A DNA stretch of 64,000 nucleotides, taken from contig NC_082727.1 of the NCBI RefSeq assembly GCF_030144855.1, positions 42,036,001 to 42,100,000 on the forward strand. Reading direction: 5' to 3'. The stretch comes from Hypanus sabinus (taxonomy: Eukaryota). Position 1 is the stretch's first letter, and each line of letters starts with the position of its first letter. Of this stretch, positions 50,001-62,636 are shown one piece after another. Under the pieces are notes generated by a model. The model worked only from the letters and a program-made list of their open reading frames with translations. It was not told the DNA's origin and ran no database searches. The position numbers were made by a program, and so were the translations under genes.

Positions 50001-51073
50001 ACCTGGATGTCCATCATGGATCTTGCAAGCTGGTGTGGGGCGCTTTGGTCGAGAGTCACAGTGGCCAGAGTTGGATCGCCGTCGGGGTACCCGGTCAGCA
50101 TCGGAGGGTCAGGGGCGGGGCATGCTGACGCCGACAAAGATGGCCGCTCACATCCGGGGTACCCGGTCAGCATCCGAGGATCGGGGGCGGGGCGTGCTGA
50201 CGTCGACAAAGATGGCCGCCCACATCCCGGCATGCAAGATGGCGGCCCCCACGTTTCACCCGCAGCGCTGCACTCCGCTCGAGGTTGAGACTTACAGACC
50301 TTGGCGAAGTGGCCCCGCTTTCCGCAGCTGGAGCAGGTCGCTTCTCGCGCTGGACAGCGTTGTCGAGGATGTTTCTTTTGGCCACAGAAATAACAAAGCA
50401 CGAGTTTCTTACGGGCCACAGCCGTGGTCTGGGTCGGGGAGCTCGTGGAATGGCGACTGGCGGCGGCGTTGGCGAATTCGCTCCCGGGAGCCGGTGGTGG
50501 CGGGGTCTGAGGCGTCCACGAAACCGGCGGGGAATCGCGCGACTGGACAGCGTCGGCGTTATGCCGCGCAGCTTCTAGAGCGTTGGCCTTCTCTATCGCC
50601 GAGCTTAAGGTAAGATCCGAGTTCTCCAGCAGCCGCTGGCGCATGTACACTGACCTCAGTCCCGTCACAAAGGCGTCTCGCACCAGCAGCTCCGCATGCT
50701 GTTCTGCCGTGAGCGTCTTGCAGTCACAAGCTCGGACGAGCGTCTGTAGTGCTCGGAGAAACTCAGCGCACGATTCGCCAGGCCGCTGTTGCCGGGTAGC
50801 TAAGCGATGTCTTGCGTAGACGGTGTTCACCGGCCGCAGCTACTGTCGTTTGAGGGCGTCCAGTGCCCCTTCGTAGGTCGGCAGGTCCCGGATAAAGGAG
50901 TAAACTTTGGAGGAGACCCTTGAGAGTAGGATTCTGTGCATAACGGCGGGTTCAGTCGCACGAAGCTCCGCCAAGTACGATTGGAAGCATGCAAGCCAGT
51001 GTTCAAAAGCGAGAGCTGCGTCAGGGTCTTGAGGGTCCAAATCCAACCGGTCCGGACGCAAAACGGGTTCCAT
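47093..51073 (-). pseudogene. Single-frame gag-pol of Gypsy copy 2 with one in-frame stop
   Basis: A 77-aa ORF (50840-51073) and the 1245-aa ORF (47093-50830) share one frame, separated by TAG at 50840-50842. All Gag, PR, RT, RH and IN motifs are present; no chromodomain is visible. Confidence 0.93.
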
Positions 51074-51082
51074 GTTTTAAAA

Positions 51083-51098
51083 CTTCCAGTCAATAAAA
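51083..51098 (-). promoter_or_regulatory. Self-complementary primer-binding site, copy 2
   Basis: Same 16-mer as in copy 1; reverse complement of LTR segment 51147-51162. Confidence 0.8.
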
Positions 51099-52074
51099 TT
51101 GATGCACCATCAATAACTCACACTGAGACGTAGGCGAGATATCGGCTTTTATTGACTGGAAGAAGGAACCAGGAGTGAGTGTCTGTCATACAAGGTCCTG
51201 GAGACTGAGGCCGATCTTCAGGCCGCAGGTCTCCTTTATACAGGGGCCTGTGGGAGGAGCCACAGGAGCAGTCAGCAGGGGCGTGTCCCGACAGGCACAT
51301 AGTTCACCACAGCTGGATGTAATAGTAATGCTACGTTGCTTATGTAGTTTTAAGAATATGAACTGCTGCTGGAAGTGGCAAGATGGTTATTGCTGTTCTG
51401 TCTATATGGCTTCTGCACAGCTCAAATTGTCCCAGATGTGACTGTTCTCCTTGGATAACAGCATTACTGAAAGACGGGTTAAAGGGCACAGAGTGGAAGA
51501 TAAACTGCTAAAGATGGTGGAAGAGGAGGAAAGATCTTTCAGCAGCCCATATCTGCGCAAGGTGTTCAGTGAGAAACTCTCTGTCTGAACCATTAAGGAT
51601 CAAAGAATAAGACATGTACACTTAATAAATCCCCCATCTGCTGCAGCCATGATTACAATTTCAGTGTGAGGCAATGACCTTACTACTAGTATCTATCAAG
51701 GAGGCAGTAGTCACAAACTTATCACAAGCTCCTTTCATCTTGTAGCTTACATTACATTGGGCAGTGGGGTAGTTGACGAGTAAGCGGATAAAACAGAATG
51801 AAAAATGTCTTATTTCAGTTACAGGAAAAATGCAGTGTATAGGTAGACAAATCAAATGCAAGGAACACAATGAGGTAGTTTGGGAGAGCCTTAGTCCACC
51901 TTTTAGTGTATGAGAGGTCTGTTCAGGAGTCCAATAATTGTGGGATAGTGGTTATCTTTGAGTTCGATGAGTCATATACTCATAGATATGTGTATGGAAG
52001 AACATCCTATGTTTCACATTTCATCCTCTCAAATCAGTGTGTATTGCATGTAGTGCAGCTGTGGCTCGGCAAGG

Positions 52075-52625
52075 ATTAGAAATCTACAGCACATTAGGCC
52101 CACAATGTTGTGCCGTGCATGTAGCCTACTTTAGAAACTGCCTAGAATTTCCCTTACAAACAAGCTGGAGGAACTCAGCAGGTCAGGCAGCATCCGTGGA
52201 AATGAGCAGTCAACCTTCATCCTGACGAAGGGTCTCAGCCCAAAACGTTGACTGCTCGTTTCCACGGATGCTGCCTGACCTGCTGAGTTCCTCCAGCTTG
52301 TTTGTACGTGTTGATTTGACCCCAGCATCTGCAGTGTACTTTGTGTTTACTAGAATTTCCCTATCGCATAGCCCTCTATTTTTTTAAGCTCCATGTACCT
52401 ATCTAAGAGCCTCTTAAAAACCCCTATAGCATCTGCCTCTACCACTTTCACTGGCAGTGCATTCAATACACCCACCACTCTCTGTGTGAAAAACTTACCT
52501 CTGAGGACCCCCTCGTACCTACTTCCAAGCACCTTTGAACTATGCCCTCTCATGTTAGCCACTTCAGCCCTGGGAAAAAGTCTCAGGCTATCCACACAAT
52601 CAGTGCCTCTCATCATCTTATATAT
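52075..52625 (-). mobile_element. CR1 3' end interrupted by a 195-bp insertion
   Basis: ORF 52350-52616 matches the family at 26599-26829; interrupted at a duplicated ctagaatttccct. Confidence 0.85.
52155..52349. mobile_element. 195-bp fold-back Penelope-derived element with hammerhead motif and 13-bp TSD
   Basis: TSD CTAGAATTTCCCT (52142-52154 / 52350-52362); 60-bp inverted repeat 52155-52214 / 52247-52306 (1 mismatch); loop contains ctgacga-agggtctcagccc-aaaac. Confidence 0.85.
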
Positions 52626-54180
52626 AGGCCCCCCTCCAGTACAGGTTCATAATGATTGCCCATGGTTCTCTTTGTGGATGCCCTTGAACTCTGAATTGTT
52701 CCACTATCAAGAGGAACCTTCACAGTCTGGCTGAAAAACACAGGCAGCAGGTCACACTGGGCTTCACCCAGTAGCCCAGAAGCAATCATGATGAACTCAC
52801 CCCACAGCAAACTGGAGGCACCAACTTGCTGAAGCTGCTGCAACTAAAAGATGGTTGGGTGACTGGATGACACTGTGTACCCACTGATATCGCGGCCCAG
52901 GGCTCCTAGTCATGTACAAACATGAAGCATAGACATTGTGGGCAAGGCCAGCAATTATTGTCCAACTTTGGTTGCCTAGAAAGGTATTGAGTTGCCTTCA
53001 AGAACTGCTTCACTCTGCCTTAGCTCATCTGTCACTGCGTGTGACTTGTAACAAGTCCTGTTGAACCTTTACCTTTGTTCTTGATTGCCTTCTGCTGGGA
53101 TCGGATCAGCTGACCTTGTGGAACGGTGAACAGTATTGAAGGCCACTATGTAGCAAATAGGATGTGGCATCTGAAGCCCATGTCAAGATGTTTGAGGTCA
53201 TTAAGCTCTTTATAATGCTGCATCTGGATCCCCAGGATCTGACTTCTGGTAACGGTGCTCACAGCTATCTCTACTTACTGCATTTTGTAGAGATTATGTT
53301 TGGGGGGGGGGGGCGCTCTTGGTTCCTTCCACTAAGGTTCCAAAGTGCCACCTGAAAAACTCCCATTCTGTTTGCCTTTCTATTTACAATGATTTCTGCA
53401 GTCGCTTTTATTACTTACTGCTGCCCCACTTCTACATTTGAGCTTTTAAGTGTCTCAGGCTAACAGATCACTCAAAACTGCAGGTCCCTGGCCATGGCAC
53501 ACAGGCATTTAACAGCATGGTAAATATTAACTGCAATTGGACAGGCAGCAAGAAAATAGTGCAAGGGAAACAAAGGGTTAATCATGCATTGAACTCTCTG
53601 TACCAGTTTTCAGGAGCTTTCCAACTGAGGCCTCCAGGGCTTTCTGTGTGTAACAATAATTACTACACTTCACTTTGAAGAATATTTTACATGCTGGTTT
53701 ACAATAATTAATTGTGTGATGGTGATCCAACTCCAAATGATATGGGTCAAGTGATGAATATACAACAGTTATTATCATCAAGGTAGCAGTATTGATATAT
53801 TCAAAGGGCATTTTGTGAAAAAGTTGCTGGCAAATCAATTTTGGCTTTTTATAGATACACTGGGATGATACACATCAGAATGGAACAAAAATGACAGATC
53901 CACCCGCAAAGTAAATGGTTTACATGGGGGATATTTCTGTAAAGACACTTGGCTATAAGTTTATTCCTGATTAGTAGCACTGAATGCACCAGATATCTGT
54001 ATCCATATTTCATATCATAGACACTCATGTTTTGTCACATTCTATCAAGCTGGTTAACAAGTTGGTAAGTCGATCAATAAATTGCTGCTGGAACCAGCAG
54101 TGAGATTTTTCAATAATCTGAAAAGCTACTTTCTGCCAAGTGAAAGGTTAATGTAACTCTTTATTTTGTCTTTCGCATAG

Positions 54181-54270
<90 letters not shown>

Positions 54271-54324
54271 TGAAGTACAGTGGATGATATTTTATGATTG
54301 TATCGATATGTTTTAAGGAGATTC

Positions 54325-56110
54325 TGAATCAGAATCAGATTTATTATCACCACCATGTGACGTGAAATTTGTTAACTTAACGGTAGCAGTTCAATGCAAT
54401 ACATAATCTAGCAGAATGAAAAAAATAGTAATAAATAAGAAATAATAATAATAAGTAAACAAGTAAATCAATTACGTATATTGAATAGATTTTAAAAAAC
54501 GTGCAAAAACAGAAATACTGTAACTTTAAAAGAGTGAGGTAGTGTCCAAAGATTCAACGTCCATTTAGGAATCGGACGGCAGAGGGGAAGAATCTGTTCC
54601 TGTAGTGCGGAGTGTGTGTCTTCAGCTTTCTGTACCTCCTGCCTGATGGTAACAGTGAGAGAAGGGCATGCCCTGGATGCTGCAGGTCCTTAATAATGGA
54701 TGCTCCGTTCTGAGACACCACTCCCTGAAGATGTCCTGGGTACTTTGTAGGCTAGTACCCAAGATGGAGCTGACTAGATTTACAACCCTCTACAGCTTCT
54801 TTCAGTCCTGTGCAGTAGCCCCTCCATACCAGACAGTGATGCAGCCTGTCAGAAAGCTCTGCTCGGTATATCTATAGAAGTTTTAGAGTGTATTTGTTGA
54901 CATGCCAAATCTCTTCAAACTCCTAATAAAGGATAGGCACTGTCTTCCCTTCTTTATAACAACATTGATATGTTGGAACCAAGTTAGATCCTTAGGGATC
55001 TTGACACCCAGGAACTGAAGCTGCTCATTCTCTCCACTTCTGATCCATCTATGAGGATTGGTATGTGTATCTTCGTCTTACCCTTCCTAAAGTCTGTAAT
55101 GAGTTCTTTCATCTTACTAGTGCTGAATGCCAGGTTGTTGCTGCGGCACCACTCCACTAGTTGGCATATCTCACTCCTATATGCCCTCTCATCACCACCT
55201 GAGATTCTACCAAAAATGGTTGTATCATCAGCAGATTTGAGCCATGCCTAGCTACACAATCGTGTATTTAAAGAGTAGAGCAGTAAGCTAAGCACATACT
55301 TGTGAGGTGAGGCAGTATTGTTCATCAGCTAGGAGGATATGTTATCACAAATCCGCAAAAATTGTGGCCTTCCGGTTAGGAAGTCGAGGATCAAATTGCA
55401 GAGGGAGTTACAGAGGCCCAGGTTCTGCAACTTCTCAATCAGGGTTGTGAGAATGTTGATATTAAATGCTAAGCTATAGTCAATGAACAGCATCCTGACA
55501 TAGGTGTTTGTGTTGTTCAGGTGGTCTAAAGCTGTGTGGAGAACCATTGACATTGCATCTGCTGTTGACCTATTGTGGTGACAGGCAAATTGCAGTGCAT
55601 CTAGGTCCTTGTTGAGGCAGGAGTTCAGTCTAGACATGACCAACCTCTCAAAGCATTGCATCACTGTTGATGTGAGTGCCACCAGGCAGTAGTCATTAAG
55701 GCAGCTCACATTCTCCTTCTTAGGCACTGTTGCCTATTTGAAGCAAATGGGAACTTCCACCTGTAGCAGTGAGAGTTTGAAAATGTCCTTGAATACCGCC
55801 GCCAGTTGGCTGGCACAGATTTTCAGAACCTTACCAAGTACTCCACTGGGACATTCCGCCTTGTGAGGGTTCACTCTCTTTAAAGACAGCCTAACATCAG
55901 CCTCTGAGACAGGATTCACAGGGTCATCAGGTGCAGCAGAGATCTTCATAGCTGTAGTTGTATTCTCCCTTTCAAAGTGGGCATAGAAGGCATTGAGTTC
56001 ATTTGGTAGTGAAGCATGGCTGCCATTCATGCTATTGGGTTTCACTTTGTAGCAAGTCTTGCAAACCCTGCCAGAGTTGCCGTGCATCCGATGTTGCCTC
56101 CAGCCTTGTT
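54325..56110 (-). mobile_element. Rex1/Babar-like LINE fragment
   Basis: ORF 55329-55727 ([21 protein letters not shown]...[14 protein letters not shown]); (tctgat)n-type tail at 54325. Confidence 0.85.
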
Positions 56111-57481
56111 TGAAATTGTCTATTGGAATTATAATTGTACATAATTTAAAAAGTGATTTGACAACTCACCTGTATTGCATTCAGTAAAGTTACAGGTAGC
56201 TTTAAACAGAGTAATGCTACTGTCTTCTTGTACCCATTTATCAGGCCCACAGATTCTTTCAGTGATGGACACTTAACATTAGAAGAATAATAGGATGGTT
56301 GACAGTCCAAGCAACTCACAGAATGCTCCCGCTGTGCCCCCAGAGGTGCTATTAAGTGAACTCGGAATGTACTCAAGACCTATAAAATAGTGAAGCGTTT
56401 TCTAATGAGAATTGTATTGGATCCTAATGAACTCTTCCAGTTGTATGACAATTTAGTTTTTTCCTTGACAGCCAACATCCAATTATTTGGAGCCTAAAGT
56501 AAATGGAAAAATTCAGTGACAATGAATCACGTGACTACTGAGTGATGAAGTTAACTATTTGTGTACAATTACAGGATTGGGAGGAAGAGAGGCACTAGTG
56601 TGGCGCATTTTTTACACTATGTTGTTCATACCCTTCCCTGTTCCCCTTGTTACCCTCAGTTAGGGTGCTTGGTGACTATCTTACAGTGAATCTGCCACTA
56701 TGGGTAGGGTCAATGTAAAGGTTAAAGACCTAAAAAGGATTGGCTTGTGTTGGTAGTTCAGCAGTACCCAGATAAATACCAGGCACCACTCACAATGATG
56801 TGTGGGTGGGAAAGCAGGACCTTATGGCAAATGGGTCAGGTTTTCCTTGAACACTATTGACTTCCTGCTTGGTACATTCTTTATATTCATCAATTAGTAT
56901 TTTTCAAAAATACAGTTCCCATTTTTCAGAATATTATAATCATCTAGTTGTGTGTACAAAAATGTTTATTCCTTTAATTAGTATGTTACATGTTGACATT
57001 AATTAATCTACTGTTTCAAACCACAGTGTGATAATTTTATTGAGTTTTTGAAGATTGCTCATGCTTTTCCAACGTGCAATACTTAGCTACAAAATCGATG
57101 ATGAATTTCCATTTGCTTTTGTTTTCCAATTGCAAAAAGATCTGAATTATTCTGCAAAATGTTAACTTCATCTTCCACCCTCTCTGTACTCCTGAATTTG
57201 GTTTTGTTCACTTGCGTCAATAGGACAGACCTACAACGCCCAAGTCTCAGATTGGGCTTCACAGGAAATACACAGGTTTGTCACTTTATGCCTGTACATC
57301 TGCTTTTTAATGCAAATATCTGACCAGCCAATCATGTCACAACTACCCAATATATTAAAGAATTGAGATTCAAGATTATTTAATATCATTTCCTGTCCAT
57401 AAGTATAAAAGAGAACAAAGTAATTGTTACTCTGGACCCAATGCAGTGCAAAATTCCCACAAAATCATCATTAATTACAGA

Positions 57482-57508
57482 ATATATATATATATATATA
57501 TATATATA
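57482..57508. repeat. (AT)n microsatellite
   Basis: About 13 AT units. Confidence 0.95.
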
Positions 57509-57559
57509 AAGATAGCTTGTATACAAAGATTGATTGTTTGTCCATAAAGTGACACTTGG

Positions 57560-58680
57560 CTGTAAATGAGGTGACTGACAGGAAATAAAATAGTGGTAGA
57601 GTTAGTAGGTGGAGGGGTTGATCAGACTTGCTGCTTGGGGAGAGTAACTGTTTTTGAGCCTGGTGGTCCTGGCGTGGATGCTACCTAGCCTCTTCCCTAA
57701 TAGGAGCAGAAAGAACAATACGTGAACAGGGTGTATGCGATCCTTCATGATGCTACTGGTCCTTTTCAGGCACCTTTCTGTATATACGTTCTGATGGCAT
57801 GTAGGCTGGTGCCAATGATGCATTGGGCAGTTTTGACTATAATTGTAGAGCCTTCTTGTCAACCACGGTGCAGTTTCCGTACCAACAAATGATGCAACTT
57901 GTCAGGATGCTCTCTACTCCACATCTGTAGAATGATGTGAGTATGTGCTCCCTCCCCCAATCCCCTCAGGAAGTAGAGCCGTTGGTGAGCTTTCATCACT
58001 ATTGCGGATGTGTTTTGGGACTATGAGTGGTTATGTGTGGCATGTACTCCAAGGAGTTTGGAAACTGCTTGCAGTTTCCACTGGTGTGCTGCTGGCATTA
58101 TAGGGTGGGGCTCTCCTGAAATTGATAACCATCCCCTTTGTCTTGTCGAAATTAAAGAGGAGGTTATTTGCCTGGTACCAGACCTCCTCACTGTAGGCCA
58201 CCTCGCTGTTGTTGGTGACGGGTCCCACCACTGTTGTGTGCTCAGCGAATTTGACAAGGTGATTGCTCAGGTGGCTGATTATGCAGTCGTGTGTGAGCAG
58301 AGTGTACTGCAATGGGCTGAGCTTACAGGCATGTTGAGGATGACAGGAGGAAGGAGCCGGTATGCATTCTGACTGAAGTCTGCTTAGTGCTGTATTTAGG
58401 CCAAAGAGTAGGAATTTGCTCACAATGGTCTGTGGGACAATAGCATTGAATACTGAACTGAAATCCAGAAACAACATTTTGATATAAGTGTCCTTGTTTT
58501 CTATGATTGTCAGGGCCTGGTACATGACAGATGCTATGCCATCTGACGTAGAGCAGTTCCATCGGTAAGCATATTGGAGAATGTCCATTGTGGCAGGAAT
58601 TGAGATTTTGATATGTGCCATTATCAGCTATTCAAAGCACTTCATGTTGACTGGTGTCAGTGCCTCTGGGTGGTAGTTGT
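57560..58680 (-). mobile_element. Rex1/Babar-like LINE fragment
   Basis: ORFs 58031-58621 (TYIKMLFLDFSSVFNAIVP) and 57602-57862 (RTTRLKNSYSPQA). Confidence 0.8.
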
Positions 58681-58824
58681 TTCGATCTGAAGGGGTAGAA
58701 TTCTTTGGTAGAGTGATGATGTTACCTGATTTGAAGCATGTGGGGATATGAGCCTGGATGAGTGAAAAGTTCATGAAAAGCATGCAAACGTGGTTAAGCC
58801 ATTTAGTTGTTTTTTGGACCTGAC

Positions 58825-59205
58825 ATCAGAATGGAGAAGATATATGTTCTAAATGACTTTGATCATGGAATAATTGTTGGTGCCAGATGGGGTGGTTTGA
58901 GTATCTCAGGAACCGCCGATCTCCTGGGATTTTAATGCACTACAATCTTTAGAGTTTACAAAAAATGGTTTGAAAGTGGCAGTGGCAGTTCTGTGGGAGA
59001 AAATGCCTAGTTAATGAGAGATCAGAGGGGAATGGCCAGAGTGGTTCATGCTGACAGGAAGGTGACAGTAACTCAAATAACCAACAGTGTGCAGAAGAAC
59101 ATCTCTGAATGCGCAGTGCATTAAACCTTCAAGTGGATGGGCTATATGAGCAGAAAATCCATGAGCAGCCAGTCAGTAGCCACTTTATTAGTTACCTCCT
59201 GTACC
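58825..59205 (+). mobile_element. Tc1-derived non-autonomous element
   Basis: DFDHGIIVGARWGGLSISGTADLLG remnant; homologous to 62083-62636. Confidence 0.65.
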
Positions 59206-60109
59206 TGTTTTCTGGAAGCCTAGATAACCTAATGAATTATCACTTTTTATGCATGATACATTCAAATCATTTTTGTCAATGTGATAACTCTTCATTATTG
59301 AGTTCTTGCCACTCTGTTGTGTTGTATGTAAAGTCTTCTTTGGCTTCTAGTTGTGAATATAGCTCTCGGACAGTATTCCTGAGGTCTGATTTAATCTCTT
59401 TTTAAATATTTGGATTATGTTGTAAATCTATTGTTCTGCAGTATTTCTCCAAGGCTGAATGATTCTATTCATGTCTGCAGCATCATGCAAGTGTCCTTGC
59501 CAATTGCCTTGATCTCCTTAAAATGTTTCTCATTTGCCAGGAGTTTTGCCAGACCAAACTTCTTAACCTAATAGATATTCCTTGTTAAGAAAACCTGAAT
59601 ATGTTGGAATATTTCTTTCACAAAGATTTCAAATTCTGATACTCATTGTTATGTTCAGAATTGCAATCAAGGGGACCATTTTGTTCAGAATGTCATCAGG
59701 CTTCTTGAGACATGTTAGAGCTGCTCTCATCAAGCTTAATGGAAAGGGTTCCACTGCAATCCTGACTTGTACCTTGTAAATACCGAGAAGGTTTTTAGGG
59801 TACCGGAAGATGAAGCATCCACTACAGGACTCTGTTTTTATAGACAATGTATTCTTTTCATTGGTCCAGTGGAGTTTCTATTCATAGTTTACCCCTGGAT
59901 GTTGGGATTGGGAAATGTGGTGATTCCAATGACTGTAAAGGGGAGGTGAGGTTGGACTCTATCTTGCTGGAAATAATCATTGCTTGGCATTTCTGTGGTG
60001 TGTTATCTAACATTCCTCAGACTACACTTGACTATTGTATGGGCCTTGTTTAAAGCAGCTCTCCATGATCATGCCCAGGAAACTACTACAATGATGTTCT
60101 CCAACAGTC

Positions 60110-60700
60110 ACAGTCATCTTCCTTTGGGCCACTGGAACATAGAATATATATCAGGCTCTTCGGCCCACACTGTTGTGTCTTTCCAATCAAATGGCCAACC
60201 TACCTAATCTGCTCCGCCTACGCAATGTCTATATCCTTCTATTTTCCTCACATTCCTGCACCTATTATTCATTCCATGGTCTGTTAAAGTCCCTATTGTA
60301 TCTGTCTCTACTCCAGCTGGCACATTCCAGGTACCCATCAATCTCTGTGTTTAAAAAAAAAACATGCCCCTCACATCTACTCTGAAGTTACCCTCTCTCA
60401 CCTGGAGTTTTCATTCTTTGTTGCTCTTGGACTTCAGATTTCATCTCAATCCTAAATGACCAATCACTTAATTTGAGACCATGACCCTTGTCTTTAGGCA
60501 GTTGAAGCCAAGGAAATATCTTCCCAGCACCTACCAGGTCAAGCCCAATAAGAATTTTGTTTCAATGCAATCACTTCTCATTCTTCTGAATTCAAGGCAG
60601 TATTGGCTCAGCCTTCTTAATCTCTCACGATAACAATCAATCTTGTGAAGCTTCATTGCACTCCCTCTGTCCCAAGTATATCAGAATCAGAATCAAGGTT
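60110..60700 (-). mobile_element. Degenerate CR1 3' part
   Basis: aacatagaatat...cggcccacactgttgtg tail and atcacttctcattcttctgaattc (reverse complement of the FRRMRGD region). Confidence 0.55.
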
Positions 60701-61292
60701 CACATTGTTGTTTAGGTAGTGAGACTAGGTCTATATTCCAGGCACAATGTCAACTGTGAGATCTATACTCTTAAATCCTTTTGTAATAAAAACTAATATA
60801 TAGTTCACCTAACTACTTGTCTGTACAGTAAATTTGAATAATTTATACGCAAAAGGACATATGCCCCTCTGAACAGCTATAGCTTTTACTTTCTCACTAT
60901 TTCAAGATATAAGATTTTCCATTTTTTCTATTAGTAATATCTATTTCCTGCTATCTTTTTATCTTCCTGTGCATTTTAACATATTGCAAACAATTTAAAA
61001 CGCAGAGTGGCTCACAACATTACACTTGTTAAGAGGCAAGCTGTAAGATACAAGATCAATAGGATCCCAGCACAGCCACTATCGGTTATTCAGCAGAACT
61101 ACCCTCCATCAGACAGTATCTTCCCCACCAATAACCCCTCTTCCTCAATCCCTACACACAAAGTTTATGGCTTTAGCCGAATTCATTTTCAACATTGACC
61201 ATACACAAACATTCTAGTGATTTTTTTCCCACACCCTGGGGATATTTTGAGCTTGACGGATATGTACAAAGTGTAAATCTGAAATGTATCCA

Positions 61293-62056
61293 TAGTGGAT
61301 TCCAGTTAATTGGGCCATCAGTTAATTGAGACAGCCATTTATTTGGGAACACTCTTAAAGAACAAAAACTAAATTGAGAAAATAGTTCAACCACAGTCTT
61401 CTGCCCCAATTGAGCTATGGGGAAGAAGACCAAAGAGCTTCTAACTCGCATACCTTTCATGCATTTGCATGGCCATTAGACACTGCACTGTGCATAGAGT
61501 GATTCAGTTGTGTTCAAAAAGCAATGATATTTGTCACTGACAGTTGGCAAGAAGTAAGCAGTAAGAAAATCTGGAACCACTCTGCTCACCGTGGTTTCAA
61601 GTATTCAGGTTTGGAGTGAAAATGAAATGATTTCAATAATTCAAGTTAGGAATTATGAAGGTATTGACAATCATTTTGATTTTTACAATGGCTTTGAAGA
61701 CTTGGATGATGCAATTGTCTAAAGCATTGTATGAAGGCAGTCCATTATCTGTACTAGGTGTCTATACTTTGTTCATTTATAGTCAATAAATGAACAAAAC
61801 CGATGAACAAAAGAACACAACAGATGAATACCTCTGTCAATAACTAATTCTCAGTTTTATAGTACTGTAGGGGTACTGGTATAATTCTAATCCATTCTGT
61901 ATTTCAATTAAATACATAAGTTGTTACTCAGTTAAACAGTAGCTTGTCTTTGTTTCCCTTTAACTACATGCATGAAAGTTCATCTAATTAGGGCAGTTGC
62001 TTCATTGAGCCAAAATATACTGGCCCCAATATGTCCCAGTTAACTGAATTGCACCA
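61293..62056 (+). mobile_element. pogo/Tigger-like non-autonomous element, second copy
   Basis: tagtggattccagttaattggg left TIR and degenerate right TIR; reverse orientation of 6577-7317. Confidence 0.6.
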
Positions 62057-62082
62057 TATATGTATTTAAATGCTTAGATATC

Positions 62083-62636
62083 TACCCAGTGGTGATTTAT
62101 TTGGTCCAACTGTGCAACTGCTTGTTATTGCAAATATCTAATCAGCCAATCATGTGGCAGCAACTCAACACCTAAAATTGTGCAGACCTGCTCAAGAGGG
62201 TCCGTTGTTGTTCAGACTAAACATCAGAATGGGGAAGAATGTGATCAAAGTGACTTTGACCGTGTAATGAATGCTGGTGCCAGACCAGGTGGTTTGAGTA
62301 TCTCAGGAAATGCTGATCTACTGGAACTTTCATGCAGGACGGTCTCTAGAGTTTACAGAGAATGGTGCAAAAATAAAAATAAAAAAAATCCGGTAAGCTT
62401 CAGTTCTATGGGGAGATTGCTTTCTTAATGAGAGACATCAGAGGAGAATGGCCAGATTTGCATTCTGCTTGAACCATAGTAACTCAAATAACCAAACATT
62501 AGAACACTGGTGTGCAGAAAAGCATCTCTGAACATATAACATGTCAAACATATAAGTGGGTGGGCTACAGCAGAAGACCACAAACAAATATACTGTTGGC
62601 TCCTTATTAGATACAGAAGGTAACTGATAGAGTGTA
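62083..62636 (+). mobile_element. Tc1-derived non-autonomous element
   Basis: ORF 62180-62428 contains SDFDRVMNAGARPGGLSISGNADLLELSCRTVSRVYREW. Confidence 0.7.

Larger units (their letters stand above)
46835..51311 (-). mobile_element. Full-length Gypsy (Mag-like) LTR retrotransposon, copy 2, antisense in DNTT intron 9
   Basis: 212-bp LTRs at 51100-51311 (5') and 46835-47046 (3'), 2 mismatches; TSD GCTGG (46830-46834 / 51312-51316); PPT complement at 47047-47060. Confidence 0.97.

Noticed and set aside
50023-50613. 196-aa ORF antisense to gag, and similar ORFs over both Gypsy copies
   Set aside because: Shadow ORFs expected in GC-rich coding sequence; not preserved as an equivalent ORF in copy 1.
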